From a virus (taxonomy: Duplodnaviria > Caudoviricetes): a stretch of 64,000 nt of DNA. Position numbers and translations under genes: made by a program. Where the stretch lies: the IMG/VR virus record IMGVR_UViG_3300031760_000003, positions 101,480 through 165,479 of that record; one strand, written 5' to 3'. Numbering within the stretch: the first letter of the stretch is position 1; every line of letters starts with the position of its first letter. The notes beneath the pieces were generated by a model. The model was not told the origin of the DNA and ran no database searches. It worked only from the letters and a program-made list of their open reading frames with translations. Positions 27,768 to 37,114 of this stretch are shown in pieces.

Positions 27768-28313
27768 ATGAGTAATATTTGGGTAAGTTCAGATTGTCAT
27801 TTTTGTCACGATAAAGAGTTTATTTTTAAACCTCGCGGTTTTGATAACGTCTATGACATGAATGAAACTATTATTAAAAATTGGAATAGTCTTGTAAACT
27901 ATGATGATACAGTTTATCTCCTTGGAGATGTTATGCTTAACGATAATTTTGAAGGTATAAACTATCTCCGTAGACTTAATGGTAACATCAAAATCATCCT
28001 CGGTAACCACGATACCGACACCCGCAAAGATTTATATAAAGAACTTTATAACGTGGAAGTTTTAGGATACGCAACACTTATTAAAGCAAATGGTTATATT
28101 TTTTATCTTAGTCATTATCCTACTTTAACAAGTAACCACGACACGGATAAGCCGCTAAAAAGACAGGTTATTAACCTATGTGGTCATTCGCACATCAGCG
28201 ATCCTTTTGCTGACTTTGATAAAGGATTAATTTACCATTGTGAGTTAGATGCTCACGGTAATTCTCCTGTATCAATAGAGCAGATTATTACCGATATCAA
28301 TAAGAGGGTATGA
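27768..28313 (+). CDS. Calcineurin-like metallophosphoesterase
   Basis: SDCHFCH, LGD, GNHD, SHYP, GHSH. Confidence 0.9.
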   Translation: MSNIWVSSDCHFCHDKEFIFKPRGFDNVYDMNETIIKNWNSLVNYDDTVYLLGDVMLNDNFEGINYLRRLNGNIKIILGNHDTDTRKDLYKELYNVEVLGYATLIKANGYIFYLSHYPTLTSNHDTDKPLKRQVINLCGHSHISDPFADFDKGLIYHCELDAHGNSPVSIEQIITDINKRV

Positions 28314-28431
28314 TTATTCATACCTTCTTTTATTATTTGGGCAAAAGAAGATAAAAATTAATAAAGATTTTTTATATACAATATGTAAGATTTATCTTAT
28401 AAATAAAAATCAAGAAAGCGAGTGTGTTTTA

Positions 28432-29655
28432 ATGGCATATTTCTATGATACTTGTGCATTACTTAATAAACAGGAAGCTCTCTTTGATGGAGAAGTATTC
28501 TATTTATCAATCATCTCGTTACAAGAGTTAGAGAATATCAAAACCTCTTTCTCCAAAGACGAAGAAACTAAATGGAAGGCGAGGAAGTTATTAAGATTAC
28601 TTGATAGTAACGAAGGAAAATACCAAGTAGTCTTATACGATAATAGTTGGGATGATGAAATCTTAAAAGATAAACTCCAGGTTATTAACGATACCAGAAT
28701 TATTTATACCGCATATAAGACACATCCTGAAGCTATTTTTGTTACTAATGACTTATCATGTAAATTTTTATCTAAAAAATACAATTTAAAAACTGAATTT
28801 TATAAAGATAAAGAAGATAACTACACTGGCTATAAAGTGATTAACTTTACAGAGAATGAGTTAGCTACTTTTTACAATACTACTTTTGCGAATAATAATA
28901 ATGTTTACAAATTATTAAATAATCAGTATTTAATAATTAAACTAAATAATAAAGTAGTAGATAAATATAAATGGCTTGATAATAAATATATTGCAGTCCC
29001 TAACAATAGAATAGACTCTAAATTCTTCGGAAAAATAACTCCACAAGATGAATACCAGCAATTAGCTATTGATAGTTTAATATTTAATAAGATTACTGTA
29101 CTGCGCGGCAAGGCGGGCTCCGGTAAGTCTTATATCGGTCTTGGTTATCTGGTAACTGAACTCGAAAGAGGTCATATCGACAAGATAATAATTTTCTGTA
29201 ACACTGTAGCTACTAGAGATAGTTGTAAACTTGGTTTTTACCCTGGCAGTAAAGATGAGAAGCTACTCGATTCGCAAATCGGTAATTTCCTTATTAGTAA
29301 ATTAGGTGACATTACTATGGTTGAAAAATTCATTAGTGATGGTCGTTTAGTACTAGTACCGGTATCAGACTGCCGCGGAATGGATACAACAGGAATGAAT
29401 GCTGGTATATATGTAACAGAAGCACAAAATACTACAATAGATATGATGAAACTTATTGTACAACGTATTGGTGAAGATAGTATTTGTGTAATTGAAGGTG
29501 ATGATAAAGCTCAAGTTGATATGATTACATACGGCGGTAATAACAATGGTCTTAGAAGATTATCAGAAGTCTTCAGAGGTCAAAATTATTACGGTGAAGT
29601 TACTTTACAAAAATGTCATCGATCTGCTATTGCAGAACACGCTGATTTAATGTAG
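28432..29655 (+). CDS. phoH: PIN domain-PhoH ATPase fusion
   Basis: N-terminal YDTCALL...ELENIK...NDTRII...TND (PIN); GKAGSGKS, LGFYPG, EAQN, GDDKAQVD (PhoH). Confidence 0.88.
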   Translation: MAYFYDTCALLNKQEALFDGEVFYLSIISLQELENIKTSFSKDEETKWKARKLLRLLDSNEGKYQVVLYDNSWDDEILKDKLQVINDTRIIYTAYKTHPEAIFVTNDLSCKFLSKKYNLKTEFYKDKEDNYTGYKVINFTENELATFYNTTFANNNNVYKLLNNQYLIIKLNNKVVDKYKWLDNKYIAVPNNRIDSKFFGKITPQDEYQQLAIDSLIFNKITVLRGKAGSGKSYIGLGYLVTELERGHIDKIIIFCNTVATRDSCKLGFYPGSKDEKLLDSQIGNFLISKLGDITMVEKFISDGRLVLVPVSDCRGMDTTGMNAGIYVTEAQNTTIDMMKLIVQRIGEDSICVIEGDDKAQVDMITYGGNNNGLRRLSEVFRGQNYYGEVTLQKCHRSAIAEHADLM

Positions 29656-29669
29656 ATAGGAGGTATAAA

Positions 29670-29993
29670 ATGGCAACTTATAATAGGAAGAAAAAAACCT
29701 ATGTTACTAATGATAAAGTGATAATTAACCCTAGAAAATTTATTTATAATGGTATAAATTTCGCCCCTGTTTTTGATCCACAGTTCTATGCTGATAAGTA
29801 TCCGGAAATTGCGAAGTTATACAAAACTGACAATCTTTTATTTAATCACTTTATTAACAAAGGTATTGCGGAAGGATACGTAGGCACCGCCGCATTCGAT
29901 ATAAACGCTTATAAGGAAGTATATAAGTATAAAAATAAAAAAGAGTTAGATAACGATATTGATTACTATATTGCTTATCTCACTTCTAAGTAA
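29670..29993 (+). CDS. Stand-alone endolysin-type repeat domain protein
   Basis: VFDPQFYADKYPEI...LFNHFINKGIAEG, similar to the endolysin C-terminus. Confidence 0.65.
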   Translation: MATYNRKKKTYVTNDKVIINPRKFIYNGINFAPVFDPQFYADKYPEIAKLYKTDNLLFNHFINKGIAEGYVGTAAFDINAYKEVYKYKNKKELDNDIDYYIAYLTSK

Positions 29994-30105
29994 ACTCTAT
30001 GGGAGAATCATTATGATTCTCCCATTTTTTTGTTTTTAATTGATTTTTTATAAAAAATATTATATAATATAAATATAAGAATAAAATATGAAAGGTGTTT
30101 TAATA

Positions 30106-30600
30106 ATGGTTAAATATATATATACAGATGGTGCTTGTAGTACCAATGGAGATTGGAGTGGCGGCTATGGTGTAGTTGTTACTAATGAAGATTCATCAAT
30201 AATCTATTACGCTGCCGCAAAGTATACTGACAAAACAACCAACAATAGAGAGGAACTTAAGGCTATGATACACGCTCTTGATATCGTTAACGATGATGAT
30301 GAGTATATTATAGCAAGTGACTCCGCCTATGTAGTAAATACTTGTAATGATTGGATTTGGCGGTGGTCTAAAAACGGGTGGATGAATAGTAAAAAGGTCA
30401 CGGTAGAGAATATTGATTTAATCAAAATTCTATATAATTATCTTACCACAAAATTTTCTAAATGTCAAATCGTGAAGGTTTCTGGGCATAACGATGTTGT
30501 TGGAAATGAAATTGCTGATAGTTTAGCTACTAATAATATGAAGAAATTTAATGATATCATTGAAAAAAATGGTATTAAAATAACAAATAAGGAGAGTTAA
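30106..30600 (+). CDS. rnhA: Ribonuclease HI
   Basis: YTDGAC, TNNREEL, SDSAYVVN, KVSGH...GNEIADSLA. Confidence 0.92.
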   Translation: MVKYIYTDGACSTNGDWSGGYGVVVTNEDSSIIYYAAAKYTDKTTNNREELKAMIHALDIVNDDDEYIIASDSAYVVNTCNDWIWRWSKNGWMNSKKVTVENIDLIKILYNYLTTKFSKCQIVKVSGHNDVVGNEIADSLATNNMKKFNDIIEKNGIKITNKES

Positions 30601-30601
30601 T

Positions 30602-30979
30602 ATGAAGATTTTTATATTACTAATAATGTTGTTTTGTCATATCGTTGATGATTATTACTTACAGGGATTACTTGCAAAACTTAAACAAAAGTCATGGTGG
30701 GAAACTAATGCCCCTGATAAACTGTATAAATACGATTATATAATAGCGTTATTAGAACATGCTTTTAGCTGGACTTTTATGATAATGTTAGCTCCAATAG
30801 TGTTAGCAGTAATAAATAATACTGTTAATATTATAGTTTTCTCTATAATATTTTTAACTAATTGGGCTATTCATACTATTGTCGATGACGCAAAAGCTAA
30901 TAGACATGAAATAAATTTAATAACGGATCAGTTAATACATATAGCACAGATTATAATAACTTGGATAATTTTAGTATAA
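30602..30979 (+). CDS. DUF3307-like membrane protein
   Basis: HIVDDYYLQ, H.IVDD.K, DQLIH. Confidence 0.75.
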   Translation: MKIFILLIMLFCHIVDDYYLQGLLAKLKQKSWWETNAPDKLYKYDYIIALLEHAFSWTFMIMLAPIVLAVINNTVNIIVFSIIFLTNWAIHTIVDDAKANRHEINLITDQLIHIAQIIITWIILV

Positions 30980-30998
30980 TAACAAAAGGAGAATTAAA

Positions 30999-31838
30999 AT
31001 GAAAAAAGTAAAGGAACTTATTTTAAAAGAGATACCCACAGTAGAAGAAATAACATTTTCAAAAATTGCTAAAAATAACGGAGTAGTATATCCCGCATGC
31101 ACAATTAAAGATAGTGCTAATAACACTTTTATCTCTAAAATCGTCTATTATGATGAAAATAAATCAGATGAAGAAATTGCGGCAAGCATTATAAAGACAT
31201 ATCTTAACGATAAGGAACCAAATATTGACATGGATTATATTAACAAGATTTTTAGTGATGAAGATTTATTCCTATCAAAAGTAAAACCAATGTTAGTTAA
31301 CCCAGAAAGAAATTCTAAACTATTTGAAACTATTTTTCATAGACAAAAACATAGATATGATTTAGATTTAGATGTTATTTATTATATTGACCTTGGTTAT
31401 GGTAACATTAAAGTTACTAAATCTCATCTTGATAAATTTCCGTATTTATCATGTAAAGACCTTCATAAAAATGCTATTAAAAATATCGAATATACAATAC
31501 AGTCAATAACTGATGTATTAAGCGGAATTCCTTTGCCTGGTAGTTCGATACCAATATATGTAGTATCAAATAAGAACCACCTTTATGGTGCAAGTTCAAT
31601 GCTTAGTTTCTCTTGTATGAATAAGGTAAAAAAGATGCTTAATACAGATGCATTATTTATTCTTCCAAGTAGTATCCATGAAGTTTTGTGCATTCCCGCA
31701 GAAGGTCATACCGATGTAGAAGATATCCAGAATTTCAAGCAGATGATTGAAAGTATTAACAGAGAAGTTCTTTCAGAAGATGAGTTTCTTTCTAATCATC
31801 TTTACTACTACAAAGATTATAGTTTAAGAAAAATTTGA
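30999..31838 (+). CDS. DUF5688-like hypothetical protein
   Basis: KNNGV, YGAS, FILPSSIHEVL, LSNHLYYY. Confidence 0.7.
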   Translation: MKKVKELILKEIPTVEEITFSKIAKNNGVVYPACTIKDSANNTFISKIVYYDENKSDEEIAASIIKTYLNDKEPNIDMDYINKIFSDEDLFLSKVKPMLVNPERNSKLFETIFHRQKHRYDLDLDVIYYIDLGYGNIKVTKSHLDKFPYLSCKDLHKNAIKNIEYTIQSITDVLSGIPLPGSSIPIYVVSNKNHLYGASSMLSFSCMNKVKKMLNTDALFILPSSIHEVLCIPAEGHTDVEDIQNFKQMIESINREVLSEDEFLSNHLYYYKDYSLRKI

Positions 31839-31912
31839 CAAAATAAAAAATTTTTTGTATAATAGAATTATTGTAATAAATAATTTATTTTAATTAACTA
31901 AAAGGAGATAAT

Positions 31913-33805
31913 ATGGGAAAATTATACGATGATAATAGTATTGAATCGCTTTCTCCGAGAGAGTTTACCAGACTTAGACCAGGTGTCTATTGTGGTAGTA
32001 CCGAATACAGTACCCAGTTACTAATTGAAATTGTCTCTAATGCTATTGATGAATATGCTGCTGGTCACGGTAATGTCATTAATGTTGATTATAAGGATGA
32101 CGGAAGTTGTAGGGTTGAAGATTTTGCTCAGGGTTTTCCTGTAAACGTAAAGAGGGATGATGGAGAAACTGTTCTTCAGGCTTCTTTTGATATCCTTAAT
32201 ACTTCAGGTAAATTCTCTGATGATGGTGTGTATGAAGGTACCGCATTAGGATTAAATGGTATCGGTAGTAAGTTAACTAACTTTTTATCAAAAAGGTTAG
32301 TGGTAAATACTTATAGAGATGGACAGACTGAGAGAATTTGTTTTGAAGATGGTATTTTCCACAGGAGAGATTTAGGTAAACAGGGAGATGCTCATACTGG
32401 TACTATTGTAGATTGGACACCAGACCCTCAGTTTTTTGTACATCCCGGAATAGATGTAGATAGAATTAAAAAACTTTTTAATGTTTTAACTTGTTTATGT
32501 AGAGGGTTAACAATTAACCTTACTCATAACGGAAAAGATTTAATTTCATACTCTTCAAAAAATGGTTTAAACGATTTAGTTGACGATATTGTTAAAGATA
32601 GCGAGATTATTAACAATAGACTTAACATAAATTATGAAGAAGGTAAAAATAAAATAGATTTTGTATTAACATATACTTCGAACTATTCTATGAATATGAT
32701 AAGTTATGTTAATACAGGAGAGACTGATAGCGGTCCACATATCACACAGATAAAGACTACAATAACAAGAGAATTTAACAAATTTTTTAAGGATAAAGGA
32801 TGGTTAAAGGAAAAAGATAGCAACCTTGAAGGTGGAGATATTCAAGAGGGTATGGTTATAGCATTTAATATAACCGCGCCTGGAATTAGCTATGATGCTC
32901 AGACTAAGAGTAGAATAGTTAAAATTGATATGACTCCTTTTACTTCTGTTATTGCGGAAAGTATACAGACTTGGCTTGCTGCAAACGAGAAAGATATAAA
33001 GGCAATATTTGATAAATCTATCAACGCACGTAAGGCAAGAGAGGCGGCTAAGAAAGCAAGGGACGCCGCAAGAAATATTAAGCCAAAAGAAAAAGGCTTA
33101 AAGGCTAAGATGGCGTTAAGTAATAAATTTATCGACTGCGTAAATAAGGAACCTAAAAATAGAAACTTACTATTGGTAGAGGGATTATCCGCAGGTAGCT
33201 CAGCTATTGAGGCTAGAAATGAAAAAACTGACTGTATTTATATGTTAAGAGGTAAAATTGTTTCTCCTCTTAAGACTACTGTTGATAAGATTCTCGCAAA
33301 CCAGGAAATGTCTGATATTGTAAAAGTAATTGGCGGCGGTTTTGGTCAGGATTTTAATGTTAACAAAATGAATTTTGATAAAATTGTTATCACTACAGAT
33401 GCGGATTCCGATGGTGCCGATATCGAATTACTTTTAATAACTTTCTTCTTTACATATATGAGACCTCTTGTCGAAGCCGGTAAACTTTATAGAGCGGTTA
33501 CACCGTTATATATTGTTAGAACAGGTAAAGAGGAATTATATTTCTATACAGAAGAAGAAATGAGTGCATTTAAAACAAGTCATTCAGATGGTAGTTATGA
33601 TATTCTGAGAGCGAAGGGATTAGGAGAACTTAATGCGGTAGATTTGCATAAGGTATGCTTTGAAAACCAGAGATTTAAGAAAATCACTATTTCAGATGCA
33701 AAAGAAACTCAGAAGTTATTAGAGATACTACAGGGGCAGGCAGTAGGTCCTCGTAAACAGTTTATTTATGATAATGCAGAGCAGTTAGGTTTTAACTTCG
33801 ATTAA
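31913..33805 (+). CDS. gyrB: Type IIA topoisomerase B subunit (GyrB-like)
   Basis: EIVSNAIDE, GLNGIG, VEGLSAG, LRGK, TDADSDG, KGLGE. Confidence 0.93.
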   Translation: MGKLYDDNSIESLSPREFTRLRPGVYCGSTEYSTQLLIEIVSNAIDEYAAGHGNVINVDYKDDGSCRVEDFAQGFPVNVKRDDGETVLQASFDILNTSGKFSDDGVYEGTALGLNGIGSKLTNFLSKRLVVNTYRDGQTERICFEDGIFHRRDLGKQGDAHTGTIVDWTPDPQFFVHPGIDVDRIKKLFNVLTCLCRGLTINLTHNGKDLISYSSKNGLNDLVDDIVKDSEIINNRLNINYEEGKNKIDFVLTYTSNYSMNMISYVNTGETDSGPHITQIKTTITREFNKFFKDKGWLKEKDSNLEGGDIQEGMVIAFNITAPGISYDAQTKSRIVKIDMTPFTSVIAESIQTWLAANEKDIKAIFDKSINARKAREAAKKARDAARNIKPKEKGLKAKMALSNKFIDCVNKEPKNRNLLLVEGLSAGSSAIEARNEKTDCIYMLRGKIVSPLKTTVDKILANQEMSDIVKVIGGGFGQDFNVNKMNFDKIVITTDADSDGADIELLLITFFFTYMRPLVEAGKLYRAVTPLYIVRTGKEELYFYTEEEMSAFKTSHSDGSYDILRAKGLGELNAVDLHKVCFENQRFKKITISDAKETQKLLEILQGQAVGPRKQFIYDNAEQLGFNFD

Positions 33806-33905
33806 CAATAAGTGAAGTCATCTTAACTGATGACTTCACATTTATTTGATTTTATTTAAAATTTTTATTATAATATTATTAGGATAAAAAAGAAAGGAAA
33901 AATTA

Positions 33906-36287
33906 ATGGATAACTTTATAACTGAAGTAGATATAATTGATGAGAGTAGAGAATCCTTTCTAACCTATAGTGCGGAAGTCTTAACCGACAGAGCTATACC
34001 CGCCGCAGAGGATGGACTGTTGTCTGCACAGAGAAAGATAATCTGGACAATGGAAGATTTTCTTAAAATGGACAACAAGAGTAAGACTAAAAAGTGTAAT
34101 GCTATTGTTGGTAGTACACTTTCAACGAGTTATTTCCACGGCGATATAAGTTGTTATGGTGTACTTTGCAAAATGTCTCAGGAATATTTAATGAGATATC
34201 CGCTCATTACAGGTCAGGGTTCTCTTGGTACACAGGAAAATAATGACATGGTTGCAAGTTCGAGATATACAGAGGCAAAGCCTTCAAAGTTTGCGGACTT
34301 GATGATGAATGATTTTAAGAAGAAAGTTGTTCCATTAAAGGAGACTTACAATGGTGAATATATGGAGCCGGTAGTTTTACCTTCATTATTCCCAAATGCA
34401 ATATGTAATGGCAGACAGGCTATTGGTATCTCTATGAGTCATAACTCTTTACCTCATAACTTAACCGAGGTATGTAATGGAATTATTGCTTATATTAAGA
34501 ATAATAATCTTACTATTGATGAATTAATGGAATATATTAAAGGTCCAGACTTTCCTCTGGAAAATATAATCATTAATGGTAAAGATATTAAGTCTGCTTT
34601 TATGACAGGTCATTCCGCAGTTTCTCTTAAAGTTAGAGGAAAGTATGAAATTGATAAGCAGACAATTACTTTCACAACTATTCCTTATAGAACTTATAGA
34701 AATAAGATTAAGGAACAAATTGAAAAGAATATAGATGTTTTTGATGATTTACTTGTAGATTTTAATGATGAATCAAGTTTAGGTAAAAATAAACTTGTGT
34801 TTACTGTTAAGCCTGGAGTTGAGCCTGAAAAGGTAGTTACTGAACTTTTTGCATTAACAGATTTACAGTCATCAGTATCTTACAATATGAATTATATTGT
34901 TAATGGTACACCGAAAATGTGTTCTATGCTTGATTTAATTAAAGCATACGTTAATCATCAGATTAATGTATTGATAGCCGCAACAGAGTATGATAAAGAC
35001 AAGGCGGAAAAAAGAGCACATATTTTGGAAGGTCTCCTTATCGTTCTTGAGGATATTGACAAGGCAATTAAGTTAATTAGAGAGTCTCTTGATTCGGCAG
35101 AAGCAAAAGTAAAGTTAATTGATGCTTTTAATCTGACAGAAGTACAGGCTAAAGCAGTTCTTGACATGAAGTTAAGCAGATTAACTAAACTTGATAGAGA
35201 TGATATCTTAAAAGAACTTAAAGATAAAAAGGCTATTATCGAAGAATGTAACAAGATTATCAATGATGAGCAGTATCGTAATGTTAAACTCATTGATAAA
35301 ATTGAAGGGCTAAAGAAAGTTTACGGTGATGAAAGAAGAACAACTATTCTTGATATGGAACTCCCGAAAGCTTCTTCAAAGAAAAGCGTACCGCCGGTAA
35401 AGAAAGACCCTGTAGATGTAGTAGTAGTTACTAGTCATAGTGGTTTAATTAAAAAGATTCCGGTATCATCTTTCAAACCTCAGTCAAGAGGAGGAGTTGG
35501 AGTTAAAACACTTGATAGCGCAATTATGTCTGCAATAAAGACCAACACCGAAGATATAGTAATGTTCTTCACAAATGGCGGCAAGGTGTGCAAACTGATT
35601 GCCGATAAGATTCCGGATGGAACAAATGTGGCAAAGGGTACTCCAGTTAGTTCTCTTATCAATCTTGATAAAGGAGATAATGTAATAGCAGTCACATCTT
35701 TACACAATAAGTCAATACCTAAATATATCATTTTCGTAACAAAAGAGGGAATGATAAAGAAATCTCTCTTATCAGATTATATGACAGGTAGCAGAGGTGG
35801 TAATCTAATTGCTATTAAACTTAAAGAAAATGATGTTGTTAAGCAGGTAATCTTCCAGGATGAAGAAGATATCATCATTGCAACAAAGAATGGTATGGGT
35901 CTTAGAGTTGCAACTAATGACATTACACCTGTTGGTAGAGTTGCTATGGGTATTAAAGGTATCAAGTTAGGAGATGGTGATGAGGTAGTTTCAGCATTAC
36001 CTGTTCATAAAGAAACTGATGACCTTGGTATCTTCTATATAAATGGATGTGGCTATAAGAGAAAAATATCTGATATAACAGTTAGGACTAGAAATACAAA
36101 AGGTATGACGATAGGTTCTTCTGATATAGTTGGAATTGCAATGATATCAGATGAAGATAATTTGATTATCTCCGGTGATACAAATACTATATGTATTTCG
36201 GCAAAAGACGTACCTATATATACATCGGCGGCAGCAGGTGTTATACTGATAAAGAATAATAAAATTAAGTCTATAACAAAGATATAA
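33906..36287 (+). CDS. gyrA: Type IIA topoisomerase A subunit (GyrA-like)
   Basis: DGL..QR, HGD, SRYTEA catalytic Tyr, GyrA-box-like QSRGGVG, C-terminal pinwheel repeats. Confidence 0.93.
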   Translation: MDNFITEVDIIDESRESFLTYSAEVLTDRAIPAAEDGLLSAQRKIIWTMEDFLKMDNKSKTKKCNAIVGSTLSTSYFHGDISCYGVLCKMSQEYLMRYPLITGQGSLGTQENNDMVASSRYTEAKPSKFADLMMNDFKKKVVPLKETYNGEYMEPVVLPSLFPNAICNGRQAIGISMSHNSLPHNLTEVCNGIIAYIKNNNLTIDELMEYIKGPDFPLENIIINGKDIKSAFMTGHSAVSLKVRGKYEIDKQTITFTTIPYRTYRNKIKEQIEKNIDVFDDLLVDFNDESSLGKNKLVFTVKPGVEPEKVVTELFALTDLQSSVSYNMNYIVNGTPKMCSMLDLIKAYVNHQINVLIAATEYDKDKAEKRAHILEGLLIVLEDIDKAIKLIRESLDSAEAKVKLIDAFNLTEVQAKAVLDMKLSRLTKLDRDDILKELKDKKAIIEECNKIINDEQYRNVKLIDKIEGLKKVYGDERRTTILDMELPKASSKKSVPPVKKDPVDVVVVTSHSGLIKKIPVSSFKPQSRGGVGVKTLDSAIMSAIKTNTEDIVMFFTNGGKVCKLIADKIPDGTNVAKGTPVSSLINLDKGDNVIAVTSLHNKSIPKYIIFVTKEGMIKKSLLSDYMTGSRGGNLIAIKLKENDVVKQVIFQDEEDIIIATKNGMGLRVATNDITPVGRVAMGIKGIKLGDGDEVVSALPVHKETDDLGIFYINGCGYKRKISDITVRTRNTKGMTIGSSDIVGIAMISDEDNLIISGDTNTICISAKDVPIYTSAAAGVILIKNNKIKSITKI

Positions 36288-36292
36288 TGTGT

Positions 36293-36328
36293 AGATGGCG
36301 GGGATACCTCTTCCCGCCATCTTTTTTT
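36293..36328 (+). terminator. Rho-independent terminator
   Basis: agatggcggg...cccgccatct followed by a T tract. Confidence 0.8.
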
Positions 36329-36386
36329 GACTTTTTTTAAAATTTATGATATAATTATATTATACAATTTGTAAAAAGGAGATATT

Positions 36387-37049
36387 ATGAAAAATACAAC
36401 ATCATATTATTATATTTTTATTGCACTATTGTCTGGATTTTGTTTAGGTGTTTTTGCTAATTATGATATTGCAAATCAGGCTCAACAGAAATTGTTAGAT
36501 TCTCAAAAAGAACAGGTGAAAGAAGTAATTTATCTTGAGATACCTTGCTTTATTCAAGAAGATAGTGAAGAAGAGGCTCTTCAGAAAGAAGAAGAACTTT
36601 TTATGGCTTATTTTGATTTAAAGACAGAAGAAAATAGAGAATATTGGTGGCAGGGATATCAAATAATGGAGGAAACTCTTACAGTTAAGCCTTTACAGAT
36701 AGAAGATGTTTTTTCTGAGGAAGATTTGGAATATCTCTATCGGTGCGTTGAAACAGAAACTTATGGTGCAGACTTTAATTCTAAAGTAAATGTAGCCAAT
36801 GTAATTCTGAATAGATTATATGATGAAAAATTTGGAGATACATTAAAAGGCGTTATTACAGCACCTAATCAGTTTGCATATAGCAGAACTGCAATTAGTC
36901 TTTCAACAATCCAAGCTTGTGCTTATGCTTTTGAGATAGAAGATACTACTGATGGAGCTTTATTCTTCCATTCTGGCGCTTATACTGAAACCTTTAATGG
37001 AGCATCTTATATCTTCACCGATTCAGTAGGACATCATTTTTATAAATAA
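36387..37049 (+). CDS. Membrane-anchored SleB-like cell wall hydrolase (Hydrolase_2)
   Basis: N-terminal TM; VETET...VANVILNR...NQF...GALFF...GHHFY. Confidence 0.85.
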   Translation: MKNTTSYYYIFIALLSGFCLGVFANYDIANQAQQKLLDSQKEQVKEVIYLEIPCFIQEDSEEEALQKEEELFMAYFDLKTEENREYWWQGYQIMEETLTVKPLQIEDVFSEEDLEYLYRCVETETYGADFNSKVNVANVILNRLYDEKFGDTLKGVITAPNQFAYSRTAISLSTIQACAYAFEIEDTTDGALFFHSGAYTETFNGASYIFTDSVGHHFYK

Positions 37050-37114
37050 AAAATATTTGATTTTTATAAAAAATTATTATATAATATTTATATAATAAAA
37101 AAAGGAAATGAATT

